The notes under the pieces were generated by a model. That model had not been told where the DNA came from and made no database searches. It saw only the letters and a program-made list of their open reading frames with translations. DNA of 34,179 nucleotides from Craspedostauros australis (lineage: Eukaryota): the NCBI GenBank assembly GCA_030167865.1, contig JALAGF010001848.1:124001-158179 (forward strand). Direction: 5' to 3'. The position numbers were made by a program, and so were the translations under genes. The stretch's first letter is position 1. Each line of letters begins with the position of its first letter. Below are positions 10,384 through 21,111 of this stretch, in pieces.

Positions 10384-12326
10384 TTATTTGCCGGCATTTG
10401 GGTTGTGGAAGTGGAACTTGGATGCTCCGAGGGCTCCCATGACAGTGTCGAAGATACCGAACTGTCCGGCGGTGAGGGTTCCGATCATGACGCAACGTGG
10501 GACGAGACCGACTGTGCAGAGCTTGACGAATCCAATCTCCTTGGCGATGTTGGCGAGACGGGTCATCATTGGTCCATCTCCTCCGGCACCGGCCTTGTTG
10601 ACCTTGGAGAGGAGGGTGTCGGCTGGGTGGGAGATGATGGCAGAGGCAACTCCGGCAATCACACCGGAGAGGAGGGAGACACCGACGGCGGTGGATCCAG
10701 AGACCTCCGACGGGGTCTTGCCCATGGAGGCGTAGAGGGAGTCAGCGGCATTTCCCTGCACGACGAACTTGGCGCAAGTGTACGGGATCTGCTTGGCAAG
10801 GATTGGGACGAGTCCGGCGTAGAATCCTCCAATACCTTCGGCGGCGGCCATCTTCTGGAATCCATCCAAAAGACCGTCGCAGAACTCTGGGTCGGAGACG
10901 GAACGGATACGGACAGCCTCGAGTGGGCAGAGGAAGAGATCGGCGATGAATTCGGCGCAGGCGGCAGCGACGAGGTAGATGGAGGTCTTGTTCTCCCAGG
11001 CCTTCTCCTCACCCATGGAAGTGGCGGCGGTGATCTTGAAGTATTCGACTCCACCGAACTTGAACCATCCCTGGACGAAGTATCCAGCGGCGGTGGCTCC
11101 GAGACCTGTGGTGAGAGCCATGGCTCCCTCCTCGGCGATGATTTGACGGAATCCACCGATCAGACCGGAGTTGTACTACATCGACAGAACAAGGCATGGA
11201 CAGCATGTTTGGTGTGATTTCCATTTTCGATCAATACCCCCAAGACGTCCCAGATGAGCATCGATTGTCAATGGTTGCGTGTGCGCCAGATTTGTGTGGT
11301 GCAGATGAAAGAAGCCCATTGAATCGCCGCAAGTATTGGTAGTGCGGATTGCGGTGTATCGAATACACGGTGCAATACGAGCATTTGGACCAACATGGAG
11401 TTTGCGTTTTCGCGTTTGTGCAGACCACGAAATGCAGAACAATGAATGGTCGGCATGCCAGTCGTTCAAGTTGTTGGAATTTGGCCCGTTATTGGATTGT
11501 GCACCGATCGATGATTTGCGAGCATGAGAATGAGGATGATTGGAGTTGATGGAATGTGTGAGCTCGTGGTGTCATTTAATCCGTGTCATTCTCCTTGTGA
11601 CGAACCTGATGTGGGGCATTCGATCAGGAAGATCAATTCATGTAGAGTAGATTGGGAAATGCGGCACAGCACGCAGCGGTGAAGAAACAAACAGGTCGCC
11701 GACGCTTCCAGCCGCTTCAGCTTATATGACGACGCAAGAGTGGTCTGATTTGTTGCTGAAATATGGCGTGCTGTTGTTGCTTTGGTCATCCGCACGTTGG
11801 CAAGCCCAAGCCTGCGTACCCTCTCTCTCCATCTCGAGAGTATGAGATGGACTTGTCATTGGAATCTGTTCGGCATGTTGGGCCGCGGTCATAGTCGTCG
11901 TGCCCATCACATTTGACGTCATCATCCGCATTTTCGGAACAGCCAATGCCAAATGACGGCGGATGACGACAGCAATGATGACCATCACGTGACCGTCACA
12001 ACAAAGCCATGCGCAAACTGTTTTACCGCAGCAATGCCAATCTCCTCATGCAATTCATGCGCTTGGCCTTTGGGGTCTTACGCCTCACATGTGCGCGTCC
12101 ACATGAATCAGCGTCAGCGGCAGCAGCAATAGATCGAGCATCGCTCATGACTCACCTTGACTGGGTCAAGCTGGACGCGGGTCTTGACGACATCGACTGG
12201 TGTGAGGGCTCCGTGGGTGACGGAGCAGCAGATACCACCGGCGGCGGCACCCTTGAGGTAGTACATGGAGTCATACTTGGTTCCCGCTGGGGATGGGGCG
12301 AGGAGGACGGCACCTGGAGTGTTCAT
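10384..12326 (-). CDS. SLC25A3: Mitochondrial phosphate carrier (SLC25A3/PiC/MIR1 family), 320 aa; exons 12326-12156 and 11175-10384
   Basis: Exon 1 ends ...GGICCSVTHGALTPVDVVKTRVQLDPVK|GTGAGT, and acceptor TGTAG| resumes YNSGLIGGFRQII. The three carrier signatures PVDVVKTR, PLEAVRIR and PADTLLSK are present, with PiC-typical GYFVQGWFKFG and KQIPYTCAKF. Confidence 0.95.
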
Positions 12327-13445
12327 TTTGGCTGATGTTGGTGGTTGGTCGGACCGGAACTGTTCAAGGATGCTGATGTATCTGCTTCTGTTGTTTGCGA
12401 TTGCGGTTGCGTTTGCGATTGTGGTTGTGGGGAGAGGGGGCGCGATGAGAGGGCAGGTCGGTGAGAGCGCGAGTGGTGACGATGAAGAAGAGAGGCGCAA
12501 CAAGAACGGCAGCAACGGCAGCAACAGGAACAGCAACCGCAACAAACCTCAGCAAAAGGCAACGGCAGAAGATTCGGCTGGGCGGATCCACATGCCCAAC
12601 CGAACCGCGAACAATCGCCATCGTCGCAAGACCGACCACTCATTTCATTCGATCCGCAATGCGAAACGCACCACCGAAGTTTTTGTGACTGCAAATCCGA
12701 ATGAAAACGAAGACGTGTGGGAAGGCGATGACGACGGTCTTTGCACCACAATCGTGAGAAATGCTTCGACTCATCCCCAGCGTCCGTTCGCTAATGCATC
12801 TGGCACAAATCTTAATCAGATGTGGTTTCATGCTGGGGTTGTGTCGCCGAAACCAATGCGCTGACAAAGTTCTCTTCCGTGGCAGACCTCTCAGACCGTC
12901 TTTTGGAAAAGCTCGTGGGAAAACAGCCGTTGGCTACTGGCGTACGAAGTACGGACGTAGTCTAGCCTTGAAAATCTATGTAGTGTACAGTAGCGAAGTG
13001 GTCGAGTATAGAAGTGTGCTACGTGTGAACGACCCTGCTATCGCCCCCAAGTGCAGCCCCACAACCCTGTGCACCTATATCTAAGCTACCACGAGTACAT
13101 ATCACATGGCAGTAAGCATGGTATGATGCATACCTCAAAGTGCAACTCGAGTGTACTTGAGCCGCATTGGTGTTTCCCTTGTGTCTCTATTATTGCGATT
13201 CCCGCTACTGTTCTATGCTGTATTCCGTGTTCGACTTGCAAGTACGAGACCTCCAGTGCGAGTATGCGCCCACCTGTATTATTGAAGACGTATGGTTCTT
13301 CAGCAGTCTTCAACGGTCTTCAGCGTTGGTTGGCTCCTGCTGGTCCCCCGACCGGTGGTGTCCCCAAACCCTTGTCTGTTGCGTTGGCATCCACTCTGTT
13401 GACGTTTGTCGTTCGAGAGCATCTACCGTGCACCTGCCTTGCGAT

Positions 13446-15164
13446 TCATCTATCGTGCTTCTGATGAGACGGGCGATCCAAGTTGGTTTGATCCGTCGTG
13501 GATGGAAGATCCGGCGAAGCAGAAGCAGCGTTTCTGGCGGTAACACCCGGAGGCATGGCTGTTGCCAAAACCGATGATGCTGATGGCTGGCCACTGCTGA
13601 TCCTCGCGGAGGTGCGGTGGGAAATCATCGCGAGCTCGGCCCTGGCCATGGATCGCAGCTTCTTGCGTGACCTTGATGATTGCCGCATCGTTTTGCTATG
13701 AGACCGCTTCAGGCCCATCTTGCGATCCCAATCGTGAATCTCTTGTTGGCTGTCGGCGGTTTTGCGCATCGCATCGGAGAAGGTGAGCAGAGTGCTCCTG
13801 AGCTTCTCTATCTTCCGTCTCCTGAGGTCAACGCTGGTGGTGACGACGCCGCTGCTGGACATCGACGCTTGGTTTGGTCGCCTCCACTGTCGGAAGGTCG
13901 GCTTGTTCATTCTTGAGTGGGGCATCCTCGTCCATTCGTTGGCGAGCATAATTGGCTGTGCAATTGACTCTGCTACGTGCTGCTTGGATTCGGTGAGATA
14001 CATTTCTGAGTTGAGCTGGTTCTGGATTCGACGATCGTGGCAATCGCTGGCGCCTTGATTCTGGCCCGGGTTGCTGTCTTTCGAGGGCCACGCTTGGAGA
14101 GGTTCCGGAGGTATGCTTGCGAACAGGTTCATGCTCGCTCGACGGTATTGTGGCTTGTGTGGCCAGGCCCCGCCTTTCGATGTCGCGGAACGGAAGAAGG
14201 ATTCAAAGTCTTCGTCCTGGAGCATCTCCTGCTGCGGGCTTTGCCGTGGCGGCAGTGTTTGCTGGTCTTGCTGATAGTGCTGGCGGAACGCATCGTGGCC
14301 CGTTTGCCCCTGCTGTGCCTGTGATGTCTGGAAAGCCGACGGGGTTTGCTGTGTGCCGGTCTGCTCTTGGTTCTCACTAAAATGTGAAGAGAGATGTTGC
14401 AGATTGCCAAAGAGGTTGCCCAGAGTGTCATTCCCGTTCGGGTGGTGCCATTGCTGTTGCTGTTGCGATTGCGGCTGCTGCTGTGGTTGCAGTTGCGGGT
14501 GGTGCGGTTGCAACATAGGGATGGGCGGCATTGATCCCATATTCATGTCGAACGTGCTCTGAATTTCCATCTCGAGCTGTTGGGAGAGCAGCTGATCCAA
14601 ACTCGGTCGCCGTTCAATAGTGGACCTGTCCATCAGTGCAAACTGATCGACGTGGCTGCTCATCGAGCCTCGTCTGGCAACTGACGCTGTTGGCAAGGTC
14701 ATTGTTGCGATCGTTGGGGTGGATCTAGGTGCTGGATTCAGTTCTGATCCTGCGAGGTTGACACCTCCACATAATGCGGAATAATGTGGGGCGTTGCTCT
14801 GTTGCCTCCTCGCGGAATCCACGCTGAGACGATTCAGGAACTGCTGCTGCGACGCGAGCAAGGCCATGAAAGCATCGTCACCAGCAGCGGCTGCGCGACG
14901 GCCTGGTCCGGCGCCTGCGCGGTCCTCGTTGCGGTGCGTGTCGCTGTCGGTCCTGGCAGCCGTGCGGCCGGTTGATGAAGCGCACTCGCCCCGAGCATCA
15001 TCGTCAACGGATCCTCCATCTCTGCTTGCTTTGGCGGACCGTTGTGGGTGCGTACGAGTAGTAGTGGTCCCTTTGCCGTGGTTGATCCTGTCCATACCAA
15101 GCGTCTTGTGTTTCTTGAAGATCGCACAAGGGTGAAGGGCAGGTGCAAGCGTCTGCGTCTGCAT
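13446..15164 (-). CDS. Uncharacterised Q-rich low-complexity protein with a compact basic C-terminal domain (SQQEIHDWDRKMGLKRSHSKTMRQSSRSRKKL)
   Basis: Stop-free frame of about 570 codons. First ATG is at 15164, but the true start may be a downstream ATG such as 15095. It has poly-Q tracts, RRxS motifs and a C-terminal segment that I recall from diatom hypothetical proteins (not verified). Confidence 0.75.
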   Translation of the reverse strand: MQTQTLAPALHPCAIFKKHKTLGMDRINHGKGTTTTRTHPQRSAKASRDGGSVDDDARGECASSTGRTAARTDSDTHRNEDRAGAGPGRRAAAAGDDAFMALLASQQQFLNRLSVDSARRQQSNAPHYSALCGGVNLAGSELNPAPRSTPTIATMTLPTASVARRGSMSSHVDQFALMDRSTIERRPSLDQLLSQQLEMEIQSTFDMNMGSMPPIPMLQPHHPQLQPQQQPQSQQQQQWHHPNGNDTLGNLFGNLQHLSSHFSENQEQTGTQQTPSAFQTSQAQQGQTGHDAFRQHYQQDQQTLPPRQSPQQEMLQDEDFESFFRSATSKGGAWPHKPQYRRASMNLFASIPPEPLQAWPSKDSNPGQNQGASDCHDRRIQNQLNSEMYLTESKQHVAESIAQPIMLANEWTRMPHSRMNKPTFRQWRRPNQASMSSSGVVTTSVDLRRRKIEKLRSTLLTFSDAMRKTADSQQEIHDWDRKMGLKRSHSKTMRQSSRSRKKLRSMARAELAMISHRTSARISSGQPSASSVLATAMPPGVTARNAASASPDLPSTTDQTNLDRPSHQKHDR

Positions 15165-16929
15165 TTGCACGTATTGTGGTTGTTCTGTTTAGGCTTTCGC
15201 TTTCGCTTTCGCTCACACCGTGTGGCTGTGGAGTGGGAGGAGGAGAGCTGAACTGCACTGTGGGGTGGCGACGCTGAGGCTGAGGCTGATGCTCGTGGTG
15301 GAGAGTTGCTGATTCGAAAAGCTCACAAGGGCTGCTGCTGCGGTGTGCAGAGAAGGAACTGGTACTCGTCGTAAAACGGATGAGCACTCGTTCTGTGGAT
15401 GTGCAGGGTGGGCGGAATTCGTTCCAGAACAGTGGCAGTAACGGGAGTAACGTTAGTGACGGTGGTGACGGTGGTGACGATGAGGAAAGGTACTTGACCT
15501 CTGTTGGTGTCGTCTGTTCTGCGTTGTTGCTGTCGCGGTCTGTGGTGTCGTTGATCTTGGTGGTCACAAGATCAGTTTCGAGGATGTATGGTGTGTACTA
15601 TAGGTGTAGTGTTGGCCGTGAGGGTGGGTGGTTGACTGGCTGGAGGAAGTTGCTTGTTTGGTGGACTGATTGATCGATTATGTGATGTATGGGTCTGAGG
15701 ACGGGTGCGAGGCCAACGGACACGAAAGAAGCGACGAAACGAGGGGTACTGTTCCGTTCGATGTTGTGAGCGCCGCAACTTCTGTTTTAGTCTTGCCCCG
15801 GACTTCAGCTCCTCTTGCCAATCTCTCCGCTTCTTTATCCCTTGTCTTTCGCTTGAGTTGATGTCAATCCGGGATGAGATCGCTTGTGTGATGATCTTTC
15901 GGTGTTTTGCTCCATGTCTTGGTTCCTGGCGCTCTCGCAACTTTGATGAGCGTTCCTTTGGGTCTGGGGCAACTTTCGCGGGACGGAGTCGCCATGCGAG
16001 AGAGCGCTACATGGGCGCGAACCATGACACCTGGTTGCTGGAATCTTGGTTGGCGTGTGGGGTTCCGGAGACGTGCCTTGGACATCGTGTCGGGCCTTTC
16101 TGCATTGGTATTTGTTACATTGGATTTAATCGATGTTCTTGGCTTGGATGACCAGGGGGACAAGTTGTGAACGAAATGGATTAACCTTGAACGCCATGGT
16201 TGTGACCAACCGAATCTGGATTGTGCCGTCCGTGTTACAATCGTTCTTGGTTGGCGACCGCCTCATCTTTGTGCGGCTAAGTCTTAGTCGTAGTTTCGAT
16301 CTTGCCGAACAGCCACCCTTGGTGATTAATTGCTTTGGCGGACATCTTGTGTGTCTTGGTTGTGAACTCCTTTTTGTCGTATCGGTATCAAGGAATCTCC
16401 ACTTTGGCAACAAATGACACTCTGAAAGAGGTGAACAATAATAGTTGCTACGTATTACCTGTACTAGAATTGTACGAGGATGGTGACATTCGACACATCG
16501 ACGTTGGATGGCATCATCCCCGAGTCGTGCCAAAACTGAACCGCTGTTGCAGCTCCGTCCTCGTGTGCGTTGCTCGTACGATCTGCACAACACCAACAAC
16601 GACGACAACGACGATGACGATCACAACAGCGATGCCAAGACATCTCACTGTGCCTCTGTGGTCCAGACCCAAACCGGCGCTTTCTATCGATGGCAGTGCG
16701 TTTCATGCTTTGACAAAAGGCAGCAAATGACACATGAGAGGAAATAGGTTTCAATTGACAGATATTGAGATACAAATTAGGCGTTGCTGTGCTCCACCCA
16801 AAAAGCAGGCGCCATTTTCTTCCAAGAGCCTGTGAGATAGGCAGATTCTGCGTGTGTCATGTCAGGTCCCATGCTACGCTTGCCCCGAACGTGCTTCTCT
16901 CTCTCTCTCTCAGCATGTGCCGCGATTGC

Positions 16930-17014
16930 GCCCTCTGTTGGTAGTAGAGAGCATGACGGAATTTCATTCCTGGTACGTGTACCATCCTCGTTCGAAGCCG
17001 AGCACGGAGCACCA
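16930..17014 (+). pseudogene. Possible degenerate tRNA-like element (not a functional tRNA)
   Basis: B-box-like GTTCGAAGC in a CTCG/CGAG stem, 3' ACCA, and acceptor-like pairing TCTGT/ACGGA. It also has a hairpin TGGTAC/GTACCA and a shortened anticodon-like arm GGAA-TTTCA-TTCC. Confidence 0.2.
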
Positions 17015-19144
17015 GAGTATAGCATGGTAGAGTACGAGCCGGTACATTCTGCCACATAGCCCAGTGAACAGGGTCATGCACGCAAGGGACAAAGCGGCAT
17101 CATCTATGGGAGGCGGTCATGTTTGCCGGCTGCGCATGCGCTCCTTGCTCACCCATGGTTTGGTCTTTGGCTTCGTGTCCCTCACTGTTACGCACGCAAT
17201 TCCTCCCGATCCGGATTGATAGCAGAACGTGCCTCATTCGCGAGATGTCGAGAGGCGGACGAAGGAACGAGGGTGGTAGTTCGCGGCGCTTCTCCCTTTC
17301 GGGACTTCGTTGGGAGTGTCGCCAGCCTCACCCATGCGCTGCCGCCACTTTCTCGCAAGAATTTGAACAACAACAATGCAGGCTGGTGGACGACTGGGGG
17401 CAAGCTATTCATCCTTGTGCGGGTCTCTGGTCGTGCGTTGCAAGGATTAGCCACACACGGGGGCACGTCCTAACGCAAGTATTATAGAATAGAAGAGAAG
17501 GAACAACCGCAAAGGTCCATCTGCCATGTTAGAGTTTCTTGTGCGCGAGAGGATTCATTCAATCCACAGAATGGATGGGAGGTTACAGTTCCAGCGAATG
17601 GAAATCAAACATCTTGCCTCGCATCGTCTCGCCTCGCCTCGACGTATCCGTTGCAGGCCGATGAACAGCACCAAGATCAACGACCAACACAACCGGCTCA
17701 GCACGGTGCGAGTATTGCACTCGCATCAGCGCCTGCAAGACTGCGAAGAGGCCACCCATACTTCCTAGTGGTAGCGTGTAGCACAAGGAGCGTGGCATGC
17801 TCTAGTACAATTGTTCATGTTTTCTTTTGAAACGATAGGCTTTCAGTTGGCGGTGGCGAGCGAAACAGGAACAGAGTAATTGCGCGGAATAGAGAGCAGA
17901 GTATTCTTCTCTGCACTCGCTCCACATCAAATACACGCAGTCGGCCTGTGGGCTTCGGCCAGAATTCCATTTTCTGACACAGCGCTCGCGACATCAACTG
18001 CAATGTTGCGCTCTCGTCCTCCAAATGACCTGGGCAATCACAAAAACGCTTGTTCTGCCCTTCTCCATCCAACCAAAGCCCAACGAGTTGGACTTTCTGA
18101 ATGGTCGGCAATGTCCTCGAAACATGCAAACATGGGCCTTCAGTGAGATTAAGTCCACCACATGTGCGCAAATGTGGCCAGAGCGAGCAACGTACTCGCA
18201 TCGTACTATACTCGCATCTTGCCCATACTCGCAACGCGGTAGTGTGGTGCGGCGCCAGAATACGATACGAGGATGTAGCAATCGATCTTCGCGAGGTAGA
18301 CCTCCACCCTGTTTCTCTGCCCTCTGTGCTCTGCCCTCTGTGCTCTGTGCTTCATCGCTGCCACAAAAGCGGGTACTCCCCAAACCAAACAATGGTGTGA
18401 CCTCGATTCATCTCACGGCGCACGACTATCGACCATGCCATACAGTACCATGCCAGGCTTGTGCTCCGGGCTTCTGTTGACGATCTCCTTGCAAATGATG
18501 AGCATGTGTTCGTCGACTTGCCCTGTCTGCTCCCTGTATCTGCACTCCGAGCAAGCCGGAGGACATCATCAACACTTACGGCAGTGTCCTTGACAGCAGC
18601 AGACACTCCGAACTGGACGCCTCCGTCTCTTCATTCGGCTCTCTAGCGTGATACTATCACGGTTCAAAGTGTGTTTCAGTCGCTGGAGTCAATTGGGGAG
18701 ACAATTAATCGATATATTTTACGTCTGTCAACATCGGTATGGGACGAAGAAGGTGTATTATTAAAATACTGCCGCTGCCTCCAATTGTATGTCGACCTCT
18801 TCGACCATAGACAATTCAACTGTTAGAACTTGGGTTCATGTTGGTCTGTACTTCAGTACGGTAGTCATCCAGTCGTGCAATGAATGTGCTAACGTGTTTC
18901 AATTTGTTCTTAGTCGAACGATTCCATTTATCACACAACCAAAACAGAGATCGGCATGGTGGCAACAACAACTTCACGACAAACCACAACACTGCCTGCC
19001 CAACCAATGCCGCCAACACACCCAAGCACTTGATACCGACCAGGTCGTTCCAGGTTCTTTGCAACAATACAATAGTCTACTTGTCATACTGACATCCAAG
19101 CAGGAGCATAGGAGGTCGCAGTGTTCAGATCAAATCACTTCACA

Positions 19145-20812
19145 ATGGAGAATCAGGAAAGAGAGAAGGATGAAGGGGAAGCACGGGCAGGGCTGCCGAA
19201 GTCTCGGCTGAAGGAGATCTGGAGCTCGTACTCACGGAGGCTGAAGCAGATCGACGAGCTGGAGAAGAGGACGGAGGACCGTGCGAAGCGGACGAGGCGG
19301 CGTCTCACGCACGTGATGTGCGAGAACAGCGAGTATCGACGGACGCACTCGCGGATGTTCGTGTCGCATCAGTTCCTCAATTCGAGGCAGAACCCATCGA
19401 CGTTCAAGCTGATCGTGGAGGGGAGGTTGCTGATCGACAATCTGGATCACGAGGGTGCCGCCAACGTTGACAAGCGCATCGGGACGGGGGCGCCATCGGT
19501 CTTCGAGCCGCGGTACAGGCTGATGGGTGACCCAGAGGAGGAACCCGTGGAGCCGGCCGCATTCACCCACCTCTTCGATGAGATGAAGGTGGAGTTCCAG
19601 ACGGTCTACCAGCCAATACAGCAGGCGCCGCCGGTCGCACCCGTGCTCCCACCCAAAAAGTCCAGATCTGGAAAGCGCAAGGCTCCTGCCACCGCCGCTG
19701 CCAAGCAGGAGGAGCCACTTCAAGTCGATCCCAGCCAGTGCAAGGCATCGGGCGTGCAGACCCTCAAATGGAGCAAGTCCATGTCCGAGGATTCAAACGC
19801 GTTCGTCGTGTTCTATCCCAACCACTACTCCGAGCGCCCTCCTCCGCCAGGGTTCAAGTTCCACTTCGTGGCATCGACCATCACGTTGCACCCCTCTCGC
19901 CCAGAACCGGTCTACAAGCCCTCCACCGAACTGGCCAACGCATTCTTTCCAAAACATCTCAACGACAAGCCGCAGAGAAAGCGGGTCAAATTGGAAGGTG
20001 GCGGAGTGGGCGAGATGGCGGCTTCCAAATCTGTCGCATTCGAGAATGACATCTACGTCCCTGCCGTTCTCACCTTGGATGAAGTCGTCCATGCTCTGTA
20101 TCAGTACGTCATTGACAAACACCTCATCGATCCGAATGATAACAGCCAGGTCAACTGCGACCGCGTTCTCACCGAGTTGCTGGATCACGTCTCCTTCAAC
20201 TTTTCGTCGCTTGAGGAAATCCTCCTGTCCAAGAATCTCGCCACGAGAATACAGCCGAGGGAGGAGCCCATCGTGGTGACGTACATCATGAAGCGCATCG
20301 CCCCACCGCCCGAAGATCTGGATGAGAAAGCGATGAAAGTCTTCCTTCCTGGCAGCAGCCCCCTCGCGCTGACCTTCGACATCAATGTGACCGTTCGCGG
20401 CCTCTTCCACTACCGGGTGAGGGAGCTGCTGCGGCGCGTCAAACGCAGAGAGTTCGAGTACACGTCCGCACGGACGAAGGCACGGTATCTGCTGGTCGCA
20501 AGGAAGGCGAACGAGGATTTGATCAAGGTCAAGCTCGAGGCGGCTGCGACTGGTCGGGGGTACGACCCTGCCAACATCCCGATCTTTCTGGCGTTGGCAA
20601 AGGCCGCGTTGCCGGATAGCGAAGCGCGGATCTCATCGCAGATCGATGCGAAGATGTGCGCCCTACTGCAACGGCTCGACGAGACAACCCGATCGGCCGA
20701 GATGGCGTGGGATACGGTCAATCTTCTTCTTGAGTGCGGCAACAAGAAAAAACGGGAGCAGCCGCAGCAGCAACAACACCATGAGGGGAATGAAGAAAAG
20801 AAGCAAGCTTAA
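19145..20812 (+). CDS. SMARCD: SWIB-domain SWI/SNF subunit, BAF60/SMARCD/Snf12 homologue (555 aa)
   Basis: Single-exon ORF from the ATG at 19145. FKLIVEGRLL and FTHLFDEMKVEF resemble the BAF60 N-terminal strands. The SWIB core TLDEVVHALYQYVIDKHLIDPNDNSQVNCDRVLTELL is followed by EPIVVTYIM, and basic NLS-like patches are present. Confidence 0.82.
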   Translation: MENQEREKDEGEARAGLPKSRLKEIWSSYSRRLKQIDELEKRTEDRAKRTRRRLTHVMCENSEYRRTHSRMFVSHQFLNSRQNPSTFKLIVEGRLLIDNLDHEGAANVDKRIGTGAPSVFEPRYRLMGDPEEEPVEPAAFTHLFDEMKVEFQTVYQPIQQAPPVAPVLPPKKSRSGKRKAPATAAAKQEEPLQVDPSQCKASGVQTLKWSKSMSEDSNAFVVFYPNHYSERPPPPGFKFHFVASTITLHPSRPEPVYKPSTELANAFFPKHLNDKPQRKRVKLEGGGVGEMAASKSVAFENDIYVPAVLTLDEVVHALYQYVIDKHLIDPNDNSQVNCDRVLTELLDHVSFNFSSLEEILLSKNLATRIQPREEPIVVTYIMKRIAPPPEDLDEKAMKVFLPGSSPLALTFDINVTVRGLFHYRVRELLRRVKRREFEYTSARTKARYLLVARKANEDLIKVKLEAAATGRGYDPANIPIFLALAKAALPDSEARISSQIDAKMCALLQRLDETTRSAEMAWDTVNLLLECGNKKKREQPQQQQHHEGNEEKKQA

Positions 20813-21111
20813 CAGAGCAGAGGTATTGTACTGTGCGCGTATAGAGAGTTGTATGATACAAACACAACACATTCCTATCCTTGTTACTCTACGAATACCT
20901 TCACAATTACATCACATGTATTGGTACGTAGAATACACTACTCGCAGCTTTGCCATCCATCTATCCATGCATCCATCCATCCAAGCATGCATCTGAAGAT
21001 TGCATACTCGTACGATGACGCTGCTCTGCTATTGTCATATTTTCACATTTTGTACACACCTGCGTAGCTGCAAGACTGCGAACAGGCGCATCATTTGCCA
21101 TGCGCCTTGCA

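Noticed and set aside
10327..11217. 296-aa acidic plus-strand ORF
   Set aside because: It is an antisense shadow of phosphate carrier exon 2.
11715..11926. Possible box C/D snoRNA (ATGATGA...CTGA on the minus strand) in the 980-nt intron
   Set aside because: The boxes are about 200 nt apart, with no terminal stem or recognisable rRNA guide.
12327..12545. Hydrophobic N-terminal extension of the phosphate carrier that looks like a signal peptide
   Set aside because: It has no in-frame ATG and derives from CTG/TTG-rich simple sequence in the UTR or promoter; the ATG at 12326 has a good AAA-ATG context.
15572..19092. Many 60-160 aa ORFs in the long intergenic region
   Set aside because: They show no motifs, mostly have non-ATG starts and no consistent coding-like composition; no transposase, RT or integrase signature is seen.
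20953..20993. Degenerate (CCAT)n run between convergent genes
   Set aside because: It is an ordinary simple repeat in a 3' region.
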